A stretch of DNA of 46,801 bases from Nitrospirota bacterium (GTDB lineage: Bacteria > Nitrospirota > Thermodesulfovibrionia > Thermodesulfovibrionales > Dissulfurispiraceae). The DNA lies in assembly GCA_040754455.1 (NCBI GenBank), contig JBFMCP010000026.1:1-46801 (forward strand), written 5' to 3'. A model generated the notes under the pieces. It made no database searches. It was not told the DNA's origin and saw nothing but the letters and a program-made list of their open reading frames with translations. This document shows, piece by piece, positions 1 through 7,705 of the stretch. Positions within the stretch are counted from its first letter, which is position 1. Each line of letters begins with the position of its first letter. Position numbers and translations under genes: made by a program.

Positions 1-1107
1 CATGCCGACGGGTACCCGCAGTTCATCGACAATACGTTCGTGAAACAGGACAACTATGCAAACTATCGGACCATACGGAGCGATTACCTTTACTATCCAA
101 GCACCGGGAACTTCATCGGCAACCGCTTTGAGAACAGCGCCTCGATGGACAGCATCGATCTCCAGTTCAACAGTACTGCAAAAAAGGAGATCAAGGCGAG
201 CTGGCACCTCGATGTGAATGTAAAAAATGCCTCGGGCTCACCGCTGAGCGGGGCAACGGTCGTGGTAAAAGACAGTGCCGGTTCCGTCGTGTATAACGGA
301 TTTACGAATAGCGGCGGCAGCATCAGGACCGATGTATTTCAGCTACTCGACACCAATGTTTCAGGCAGCACGGTGGTAAGCAGGGAGATCAGGACATCAA
401 AAACCCCGCATACTATTGTTGTCACCAGAGATGGTCTGACCTCAACCAGAACCGTGGCGATTACCGGCAACCAGACCATCGATATTGTTCTCGGTGCACC
501 GGCGCCGGTGCCTGCACCAACGCCTGCACCGGTACCCGCTCCGACTCCGGTATCAGAACCGACACCGGCGACCGGGCTCACCTTCACCGATCTCGATCCG
601 AACCACTGGACCACGGCATACATCAAGGCGATAGCCGAAAAAGGTATCACCACAGGATGCGCGCCGGACAAATACTGCCCCTACAACAATATAACGAGGG
701 CACAGATGGCGGTCATGATCGTCCGGGCGAAATTCGGCGAGAACTTCACGTATACCCAGACGCCCTATTTCAGCGATGTCCCGTCAACAAGCTTTTTCTT
801 CAAGTATGTACAAAAGCTCAAAGACGCGGGGATCACCCAATCGAGCGGGACCTTCGGCGCCAATGACCTGTTGACAAGAGATGCAATGGCGGCGTTCATC
901 GTCGCTGCGAAATACGGCAGCGCCTTCACCTATCCCCAAACGCCCTACTTCAGCGATGTGCCGTCAACAAATTATTTTTTCAAGTATGTGCAGAAGCTCA
1001 AAGAAACCGGCATCACCAAAGCGAGCGGGACATACAATCCTCAAGGAAACATCACGCGGAGCGAAATCGCTGTGTTCCTCGCGAGAGCGTTCCTCGGGAT
1101 GCAGTAG
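1..1107 (+). CDS. Surface protein, 5'-truncated: beta-rich/carboxypeptidase-regulatory-like domain, Pro/Ala/Thr linker, three C-terminal SLH domains
   Basis: Frame open from base 1 (HADGYPQFIDNTFV...). PAPVPAPTP linker, then SLH motifs FTDL..HW...I..IAEKGITTG / ITRAQMA, FSDVP...YVQKL..GIT, ITRSEIA. Confidence 0.85.
   Translation, partial: HADGYPQFIDNTFVKQDNYANYRTIRSDYLYYPSTGNFIGNRFENSASMDSIDLQFNSTAKKEIKASWHLDVNVKNASGSPLSGATVVVKDSAGSVVYNGFTNSGGSIRTDVFQLLDTNVSGSTVVSREIRTSKTPHTIVVTRDGLTSTRTVAITGNQTIDIVLGAPAPVPAPTPAPVPAPTPVSEPTPATGLTFTDLDPNHWTTAYIKAIAEKGITTGCAPDKYCPYNNITRAQMAVMIVRAKFGENFTYTQTPYFSDVPSTSFFFKYVQKLKDAGITQSSGTFGANDLLTRDAMAAFIVAAKYGSAFTYPQTPYFSDVPSTNYFFKYVQKLKETGITKASGTYNPQGNITRSEIAVFLARAFLGMQ
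2..17 (+). repeat. 16-bp perfect inverted repeat, left copy (ATGCCGACGGGTACCC), start of a ~490-bp diverged inverted homology
   Basis: Reverse complement of 46785..46800 is identical; codon-aligned homology continues to ~492. Confidence 0.9.
751..1005 (+). repeat. Internal direct repeat with 180-bp period (SLH2/SLH3 duplication)
   Basis: tatacccagacgccctatttcagcgatgtcccgtcaacaa (751) vs tatccccaaacgccctacttcagcgatgtgccgtcaacaa (931). Confidence 0.85.
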
Positions 1108-1131
1108 CAGACCCTCTCACTACTACCCTCC

Positions 1132-1162
1132 GGGGCAGGACATTTCCTGCCCCTCTTTTTTT
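1132..1162 (+). terminator. Rho-independent terminator
   Basis: GGGGCAGGA-catt-TCCTGCCCC followed by TCTTTTTTT. Confidence 0.85.
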
Positions 1163-1358
1163 GCTTACTCCGTCCACCGGCGCTCCAGATCCAGCGCATT
1201 ATCTTCGTCGAGAGATACCGGCAAAGAGGATAGGAGGCCGTCTAAATTGCAGGCACAGGGAACAACAGTTGACTTTTCCCGGCATTGAGATAAACTCTGT
1301 TTAGAGCAGGTATCGGTTCTGCTCGCTTTTATCTACACCAATCAAATTGGAGGATCGT

Positions 1359-1796
1359 ATGCCGGTACGCAAGGCAGAAGCAGTCTGGAGTGGAACGTTA
1401 AAAAATGGTAAAGGGACGGTAAAGCTCGGCAGCGGCGCTTTTGAAGGGGCATATTCCTTCGCCTCACGGTTCGAAGAGGGGACCGGCACCAACCCCGAGG
1501 AGCTGATCGGCGCTGCACATGCAGGCTGCTTCTCCATGGCGCTCTCGCTCCTTCTGGAGCAGGCGGGGTACAAGCCCGAGCGTATTCACACCACCGCACG
1601 GGTGCGTATAGAGAAATCCGGAGAGGGGTTCAACATCACGTCGAGCGAGCTTGAAACCGAAGCCGAAGTTCCGGGTATTGACGAGAAGAAATTTATGGAG
1701 CAGGCGGAGGCAGCAAAAAAGGGCTGTCCTGTGTCGCAGGCCCTGGCGGGCACGGAGATCACCCTCAAGGCCAGACTGCTCGCCCGGTCCGTGTAG
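1359..1796 (+). CDS. osmC: OsmC family peroxiredoxin
   Basis: RKAEAVWSG.LK.GKG, YSFASRFEEG.GTNPEELIGAAHAGCFSMAL, AKKGCPVS; RBS GGAGG at 1349. Confidence 0.95.
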   Translation: MPVRKAEAVWSGTLKNGKGTVKLGSGAFEGAYSFASRFEEGTGTNPEELIGAAHAGCFSMALSLLLEQAGYKPERIHTTARVRIEKSGEGFNITSSELETEAEVPGIDEKKFMEQAEAAKKGCPVSQALAGTEITLKARLLARSV

Positions 1797-1855
1797 ATTA
1801 TAGTTCGGGATAATGACAGGGACTCGTGTGATTGCGGGGACACCTCCGGATGCTT

Positions 1856-2065
1856 CTATCTGCTGTATATTCTGCTCAGATTTTTCTGCACATGTGTTGC
1901 GTAATCACGTGCATCCTCTGCCATATCGGTGATTCTCCGGCGCATCCTTTTTCCCGAATGCGGAGTGAAAAGCATTGCCAGTCCGGCTCCGACGAGCCCT
2001 CCGACAAGAAGAGAGGTAATCACACTGCCTGCTTTGTGGTTGTTGCCGCCGTTCCTGCGAAACAT
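1856..2065 (-). CDS. YtxH-like small membrane/stress protein
   Basis: LLVGGLVGAGLAMLFTPHSGKRMRRRI is the YtxH signature; RBS AGGAGG. Confidence 0.85.
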   Translation of the reverse strand: MFRRNGGNNHKAGSVITSLLVGGLVGAGLAMLFTPHSGKRMRRRITDMAEDARDYATHVQKNLSRIYSR

Positions 2066-2136
2066 AGGTTTCCTCCTTTCATCGTTCGTTCTTACCTAAA
2101 GCGTAGCACTAAGTTGCTGAAGGGTCAACAAGCCCC

Positions 2137-2165
2137 TTGACGATCACCTTGGATCAACATACAAT
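2137..2165 (+). promoter_or_regulatory. sigma70-type promoter of the DsrC-like gene
   Basis: TTGACG-17nt-TACAAT; back-to-back with TTGACC-17nt-TACGCT on the minus strand for the YtxH gene. Confidence 0.65.
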
Positions 2166-2195
2166 TAATCATAACAACACTTCAGGAGGAAGACC

Positions 2196-2540
2196 ATGCC
2201 GATCATCGAGCACGCAGGAATAAAGATCGCGGTCGACGACGCGGGATATCTCGTCAACAGTGATGACTGGAATGAGGAGGTCGCCCGCGCCCTGGCAGCG
2301 CGTGAGGGGATCCCCGACCTCACCGGGGCGTGGATGGAAATCATAAGATTCATGAGGACCTACTACCAGACCCATCATGCCTTCCCCATCCTCCGGGCGG
2401 TCTGCAGAAATGTTCACATGTCAAAAGAATGTTTCAGCGAAAAATTTATCGATCCGCTCAAGGCCTGGAGAATCGCCGGCCTTCCGAAGCCCGACGAACA
2501 TGTTATCGCCGACATACGCGGCGAAGGCGGCGTCGCCTAG
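2196..2540 (+). CDS. TusE/DsrC-family protein lacking the C-terminal cysteines
   Basis: VDDAGYLVN.DDWNEEVA, IIRFMR.YY, AWRIAGLPKP; RBS AGGAGG. Confidence 0.85.
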   Translation: MPIIEHAGIKIAVDDAGYLVNSDDWNEEVARALAAREGIPDLTGAWMEIIRFMRTYYQTHHAFPILRAVCRNVHMSKECFSEKFIDPLKAWRIAGLPKPDEHVIADIRGEGGVA

Positions 2541-2593
2541 CAGCGCGCTCCTGGGCAATTGCATCACAAACGAATTATTTTCTCCCCTTTTGC

Positions 2594-2602
2594 TGTTATA
2601 AT
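2594..2602 (+). promoter_or_regulatory. Extended -10 promoter of the helicase gene
   Basis: TGTTATAAT 18 nt upstream of the TTG start. Confidence 0.6.
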
Positions 2603-2620
2603 ATCGTCGAGGGACGTATT

Positions 2621-4516
2621 TTGGTACTTGACGATTTAAACCCGCAACAGAGAGAAGCAGTAGAGCACTTCGGTTCCCCTCTTCTTGTACTGGCCGGTGC
2701 CGGTTCGGGAAAAACAAAGGTCATCACCCACAAGATCGCGTGGCTCATCAAGGAGAAGGGGATCAAGCCGCACCGCATTCTCGCCATTACCTTCACCAAA
2801 AAAGCTGCACGCGAGATGCAGGAGCGCGTCGAACATCTGCTCGGTATACGGCCGAAGTGGATATCGACCTTTCACGCCTTCTGCGTGAGAGTGCTCCGCG
2901 AGAGCATCGGCGCCCTCGAAAGGGGCTTTGATAGAAAATTCCTCATCTACGACGAGACCGACAGCATGAAGGTGCTCAAGGACATCCTGCGCGCGATGAA
3001 CAGGGACATGAAGGACGCCGACAAGGCGAAATCGGTCATATCAAGGGCGAAGCAGGAGTACCGCGACAACATCATCGATCACATCGCCCGCCTCCCCTTT
3101 CCCGCTTCGTCCTTTGCCCCGGTCGCCGGGCAGTACCAGGCGGCGCTCGAGCAGAGCAATGCCATGGACTACGACGACCTCATCTACTTTGTCGTCGATA
3201 TGTTCGTTAAAAAGCCCGAAATGCGGAAGATGTGGCAGGACCGCTTCGACTATATCCTCGTCGACGAGTACCAGGACACCAACAAGATCCAGTATACCCT
3301 CATTAACCTCCTCGTCGGCGACCGGGGTGATATCTGTGTTGTCGGCGATCCCCAGCAGTGCATCTACACGTGGCGCGGAGCCCATCCGATGAATATCCTC
3401 AATTTTGCCGAAGACCACACTGCGCGGGAGACGAAACTCGAAATCAACTATCGCTCGACAAAAAAAATCCTCGATATCGCCAATAAGATCATCGCCAGGG
3501 CCGACAGGATATGGGAAGGCAAGATCCTCGAGCTCTCGACTGTGAGAGACGATGAGGGAGAGGTGCTCTATACCAGGAGCTACGATGATACGACGGAGTG
3601 CTCCTTTATCGCTGAGAAGATCGGCGATCTGATAGACGCTGGATACGGGTATGGTGACATCGCCATCCTCATGAGGATGTCCTTCGTTTCGCGGGGCATC
3701 GAGCACACCTTCGTCGATTACGGCATCCCCTACGAGATTATCGGCGGCCCCGCGTTCTACGACAGGGCTGAAATCAAGGATATCCTTTCCTATCTGCGCG
3801 TGATCGCCAACAGGAGAGATAAGGCAGGCTTCGACCGGATCATCAATATCCCGCCGCGCTCAATCGGCGCACAGACGCTGGAAAAAATACGGAACAATTA
3901 CCGGATCGACTGGATACAGGCGCTGCGGGACACCAAACTCGCCGCGCGCCAGCGCGCCCATGCGGACAGCTTTGCAGGCATCATCGAATCCTATACGGAC
4001 GACATTGAGGAGAAGCCGTACACGGTGCTAATGGAGCTCCTCCGCGACCTGCACTACGACGACTATCTCTTGCGCCATTATAAGGACGACTACGAAGACC
4101 GGAGGGGGAGTATATCGGAATTGGCGAATGTGCTGAAGAGAATCGAATCGGAAGGCAAAAGCTTCTCCGAATTTCTCGAAGAAAACATCCTCACCCAGGA
4201 CCAGGACAGGATCGGCGGCGGCGATACGGTAAAGGTCATGACCATCCACGCCGCCAAAGGCCTCGAATTCCCGGCTGTCTTCGTTATGGCGATCGAAGAG
4301 GAGATATTCCCTTCGGGACGCGCACTCGACAGCGCGGCACAGCTCGAAGAGGAACGCCGTTTGTTCTACGTCGCCGTCACCCGCGCAAAAGAACGCCTCT
4401 ACCTCACCGCCGCCTCGCGCAGAATGCGCTTTGGCGAGGTGATGTTCAGCCTGGAGTCACGATATGTCGATGAAATACGGGATGAACTCAAGACGGTCGA
4501 AAAAGAAGTATTCTAA
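2621..4516 (+). CDS. pcrA: UvrD/PcrA-family ATP-dependent DNA helicase (probable TTG start at 2621; no C-terminal extension)
   Basis: LNPQQREAV, LAGAGSGKT, TFTKKAA, TFHAF, VDEYQDTN, VGDPQQCIY, NYRS, MTIHAAKGLEF, EERRLFYVAVTRA. Confidence 0.93.
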   Translation: MVLDDLNPQQREAVEHFGSPLLVLAGAGSGKTKVITHKIAWLIKEKGIKPHRILAITFTKKAAREMQERVEHLLGIRPKWISTFHAFCVRVLRESIGALERGFDRKFLIYDETDSMKVLKDILRAMNRDMKDADKAKSVISRAKQEYRDNIIDHIARLPFPASSFAPVAGQYQAALEQSNAMDYDDLIYFVVDMFVKKPEMRKMWQDRFDYILVDEYQDTNKIQYTLINLLVGDRGDICVVGDPQQCIYTWRGAHPMNILNFAEDHTARETKLEINYRSTKKILDIANKIIARADRIWEGKILELSTVRDDEGEVLYTRSYDDTTECSFIAEKIGDLIDAGYGYGDIAILMRMSFVSRGIEHTFVDYGIPYEIIGGPAFYDRAEIKDILSYLRVIANRRDKAGFDRIINIPPRSIGAQTLEKIRNNYRIDWIQALRDTKLAARQRAHADSFAGIIESYTDDIEEKPYTVLMELLRDLHYDDYLLRHYKDDYEDRRGSISELANVLKRIESEGKSFSEFLEENILTQDQDRIGGGDTVKVMTIHAAKGLEFPAVFVMAIEEEIFPSGRALDSAAQLEEERRLFYVAVTRAKERLYLTAASRRMRFGEVMFSLESRYVDEIRDELKTVEKEVF

Positions 4517-4524
4517 TAGGCGTT

Positions 4525-4946
4525 TTAAGCACCGGGTGTCAGTACATTCAGCCCTTCAGCCATAGCGGCTTTATCCAATTTCTCATCAAAGGATGGAAAA
4601 AAGAGCGTGATATTCTCATCGTCATTGAGTAATTTGGCCGAAGAAAGATGGACCGCGTCAAAACCCCTCAGTCCGTATCTTCTCACCAGAGCGCCGGCCT
4701 CGATTTCATCGAAATCGATGACTACATAATTGAGCCGATCCCTACCAAACACATTCATCAACAATGCATACTCTTTCTTGGACAGGTCTCCGATCGTGAA
4801 ACGCCGATCCAGAGCGGAGACTGTCTCAGGGTACGCTATACGGTAGCTACGATTTCGGCACCCCCGATCCATTCTCTTACTTTACTCGAATGGGCCTCCT
4901 CTACATAGAGCTTTACAAGGCTGCTGGTATCGAGATAAACAATCAA
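4525..4946 (-). pseudogene. VapC/PIN toxin, frameshifted near 4843
   Basis: TTG at 4946 overlaps the antitoxin stop and reads MIVYLDTSSLVKLYVEE...AEIVATV* (stop 4836-4838). The remainder (IAYPE...LRGFDAVHLSSA...SFDEKL) continues in another frame to 4525. Confidence 0.8.
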
Positions 4947-5203
4947 CGGCGCTCCTCAAGAACAGTCTCTGAAAGCGATTTCCTCTTTATCTTAGCGCCT
5001 TGCATCCCCTTCGGTTTCCCACACGACCATTTCGCCCTGCCTCCCTCCATAAGCGATTTCACGATTTTCCGCTCCTTTGACAGAGGCAGTATCAGCGCCA
5101 CATCTTTTCCGTGGTCAGTAATTACAATCTCTTCCCCCTTACTTGCCTTGGCAACATAGCTGCTCAATTTTGCTTTAAGCTCCTCTATGCCAACCGAAAT
5201 CAT
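4943..5203 (-). CDS. Phd/YefM family antitoxin
   Basis: VGIEELKAKLSSYV..A.KGEEIVITDHGKDVA; directly upstream of the PIN gene. Confidence 0.9.
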   Translation of the reverse strand: MISVGIEELKAKLSSYVAKASKGEEIVITDHGKDVALILPLSKERKIVKSLMEGGRAKWSCGKPKGMQGAKIKRKSLSETVLEERR

Positions 5204-5224
5204 AACAACTTCCCGCTTCTCAAT

Positions 5225-5254
5225 GTAGTTACAATTTAGTACAATAGTAACTAC
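5225..5254. promoter_or_regulatory. Palindromic operator of the toxin-antitoxin operon
   Basis: GTAGTTAC-N14-GTAACTAC inverted repeat just upstream of the antitoxin start. Confidence 0.65.
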
Positions 5255-5462
5255 TTTTACACTAGCAATAAATCAATCGCTCCGCCTCGCGCAGGTCAGG
5301 CGTGCTCGCAGCGGCGTGTACTTTTACTGGGAGAAGTCTTCTGATCAAAGCAGAGTGTAGCCATGAATTGGACCCTGCAGATCAGGCATCTGTCAGGAGT
5401 GACTGCGTATTACCCCCTGAAAAAAACGGCCGGGGCGTTAAAGAGGGTGTATTGAGCAGCGG

Positions 5463-5882
5463 TTACCTGCGTGAACGCCAGGCCAGGAATGAGGTTAAGA
5501 CCAGCAGAAGCGCTGAGAGGATGGTCGCGATTTCGAAGAATGTGGAGATGAAGCCCGCGCGATAGGGTGAAGCAAAGAGAATATCGTATCCATGTTCAAC
5601 CACGATCGCAGCGGCCCAGAAAATACCGGCAATGAAGTTCATGACATATCCCCCCGCGTAATTACGTGCCGCCAGCGCAATGAAGAACACATGAACGGCG
5701 TAGGCAGTGCCGGTCAGTGCTGCCGCCGATGCCGTAGTAAAGCCGAATTGTGCGGGCACGCCGTAGACGAAATCCTCGCATACATGGGCAATGCTGAAGC
5801 AGACGACAAGCGCTGCGCTCGCCGCGACATAGAGCCCCCACGTCCCCTGTACCTGAGCACTGCTGCTGAACCTGACTTCCAT
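5463..5882 (-). CDS. Hypothetical 4-TM membrane protein
   Basis: Four hydrophobic segments; AAGGA precedes the ATG at 5882 (alternative start 5894). Confidence 0.65.
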   Translation of the reverse strand: MEVRFSSSAQVQGTWGLYVAASAALVVCFSIAHVCEDFVYGVPAQFGFTTASAAALTGTAYAVHVFFIALAARNYAGGYVMNFIAGIFWAAAIVVEHGYDILFASPYRAGFISTFFEIATILSALLLVLTSFLAWRSRR

Positions 5883-6074
5883 AGTCCTTTCCATCGATAA
5901 TGAATGCGCCGTGGCAGTGAACCGCTATATAAACTTTATCTGCATTGCACCTCCTTGTCAATTGCCGCTCACCTGTATTTTTGATGCAACTTGACTCAAT
6001 AATATGCGCATTTACAATTTAAGTAAAAGACTCTCTTGGGATTTGGGTGGGTAAAAAGATAATGCAAGGTAAAC

Positions 6075-6183
6075 CACAGAGACACGGAGACACAGAGAAT
6101 AAATTCGAAATCCTAAGCACTAAATCCTAAACAAATCCAAAATTTGAAACAGATACATATGTTTTGGATTTTGAGCATTCGAA
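6075..6183. repeat. Compound short-period intergenic repeat (3x CAC[A/G]GAGA octamer, AAATCCT-type heptamers, hairpin)
   Basis: CACAGAGA CACGGAGA CACAGAGA; AAATTCG AAATCCT AAGCACT AAATCCT; AAATCCAAAA(6133)/TTTTGGATTT(6162). Confidence 0.75.
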
Positions 6184-6197
6184 AAGGAGGTACAACA

Positions 6198-6866
6198 ATG
6201 CTGGTAATTTTTGATATTGTCGGAACGCTCTTTTCGCTTGATACTATCGGCAGCGCCCTTCGTGAGGAGGGATTGGAGGCAGGAATGATGGAATGTTGGT
6301 TTGCAAAGCTGCTGCAAACCTCGATGGCGGCAACTCTCGCAGGCCGTTATATTCCCTTCAAGGAATCGGCAGAAGCAAGTCTGCGCCAGGTGCTCGTTGA
6401 GCGGGGCATCCCCTACGACCGCGGTGCCCGCTTCTTCCGTGCCCTCAGCGAACTCGAGCCGTATGACGATGCAAGGGAATGCCTTGCAACGCTCAGGGAG
6501 GAGGGCCATCGGCTCGCCGCACTCACCAACAGCAGCGAGGAGATAACACAGACGCTGCTCCAGAGGGCCGGGTTCAACGGTATGTTCGAGGCGGTCGTCT
6601 CCTGCGATGAGGTCATGGCCTGCAAGCCGCACCCTTCACCATACCGTATGGTAGTGGATCGGATGGAGGCCATGCCTGATGAATCGTGCATGGTCGCTGC
6701 GCACGGCTGGGATATCATCGGTGCACATGCAGTCGGGCTGCACACGATATGGATTTCAGAGCTCGAAAAAGGCTGGCCCTTTCCCGGCAGCCCGCCCGGA
6801 GCCTATGCCTCGCGGCTCGCCGAAGTCCCTGCAATCCTCTATCAACAGGCAGGTGTGCTGATGTAG
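6198..6866 (+). CDS. HAD-superfamily hydrolase, haloacid dehalogenase type II-like
   Basis: FDIVGTL, LTNS, KPHPSPY, VAAHGWDIIGA; RBS AAGGAGG at 6184. Confidence 0.9.
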   Translation: MLVIFDIVGTLFSLDTIGSALREEGLEAGMMECWFAKLLQTSMAATLAGRYIPFKESAEASLRQVLVERGIPYDRGARFFRALSELEPYDDARECLATLREEGHRLAALTNSSEEITQTLLQRAGFNGMFEAVVSCDEVMACKPHPSPYRMVVDRMEAMPDESCMVAAHGWDIIGAHAVGLHTIWISELEKGWPFPGSPPGAYASRLAEVPAILYQQAGVLM

Positions 6867-7075
6867 GCAAAGACAGAAGCACGTCGTGCAAGCATTCGTA
6901 TGGCCTTGTACACTGCTCCGCTCAGGCCCTTTCCCTTGTATGGCTCTGTCGTCATGCCGGTACTCAGCCATGATCGGACCACCTCCGGCATGACTGGCTA
7001 TCGAGTTAATAACTATTTGACGGGCGTGAGGGAAGCTCTCACACCTCATCACTTCACTATGAATAACCTGCCGCT

Positions 7076-7621
7076 CTAATTATCAATCCGTATAAAAGGA
7101 TAGCGCTGCAGCTGCTCCCGGGTCCATAGGGACAGCCCTGCACGCTGGCCAATCGTCTCGATGATAATGATGGCATCGGGATCTTCGAATGTCACCTGTG
7201 CGGAGTGGCCCTCTTTGTGCAGCGCTTCGAGAACAACCTTGTCGAGGAAGCGCTCTTCCTCAGGGCTAGAGAGTTTGCCTTTAAACCCCCGCCGGTGTAT
7301 GCGCACATGAAATCGCTTCCCGGCCAGTTGTGGAGCCCATTCCGTCACAATTGCACCTGCCTTTTGCTCGAACTCATCGGGAGATTGAAAGGAGAAGGTA
7401 TGGGTCACCGGTATCAGCCGGGAAAGGAACGACAGTGAGGAGGGATCAGCCTCTGACCGCTCACGGAGCGCCTCCATGAACTGCCCGGTGTCGTCCACTT
7501 TCATTGTCAGGACATTATAGAAGGCGGTCTTCTGCACAGCTCCGTAGGCGCGGAGCACCTCCCGCGCACGCTTGAATCCGAACTCATTGACGCTGACCAC
7601 CACATTCCATTCCATCATCAT
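7076..7621 (-). CDS. Stand-alone THUMP-domain protein
   Basis: FHVRIHRRG.KG.LSS.EEERFL, VTFEDPDAIIIIET; no catalytic domain attached. Confidence 0.75.
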   Translation of the reverse strand: MMMEWNVVVSVNEFGFKRAREVLRAYGAVQKTAFYNVLTMKVDDTGQFMEALRERSEADPSSLSFLSRLIPVTHTFSFQSPDEFEQKAGAIVTEWAPQLAGKRFHVRIHRRGFKGKLSSPEEERFLDKVVLEALHKEGHSAQVTFEDPDAIIIIETIGQRAGLSLWTREQLQRYPFIRIDN

Positions 7622-7705
7622 CCGCTCCCGCCGGCCGCCATTATCGCCTCCCGCTTCTCATGGTAGGCGCCCGGCTCCATGATCAAAAAGTGAGGAGGCG
7701 GGCAG

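Noticed and set aside
1..492. Terminal paralogs as a diversity-generating retroelement TR/VR pair
   Set aside because: Differences are not adenine-specific, many are synonymous, and there is no reverse transcriptase in the window.
2330..2620. 97-aa N-terminal extension of the helicase in the ORF track
   Set aside because: It overlaps the DsrC-like gene; the promoter, RBS and family N-terminus point to TTG 2621.
6075..6183. Short repeats as a CRISPR array
   Set aside because: Units are 7-8 nt tandem repeats with no spacers, and no cas genes are present.
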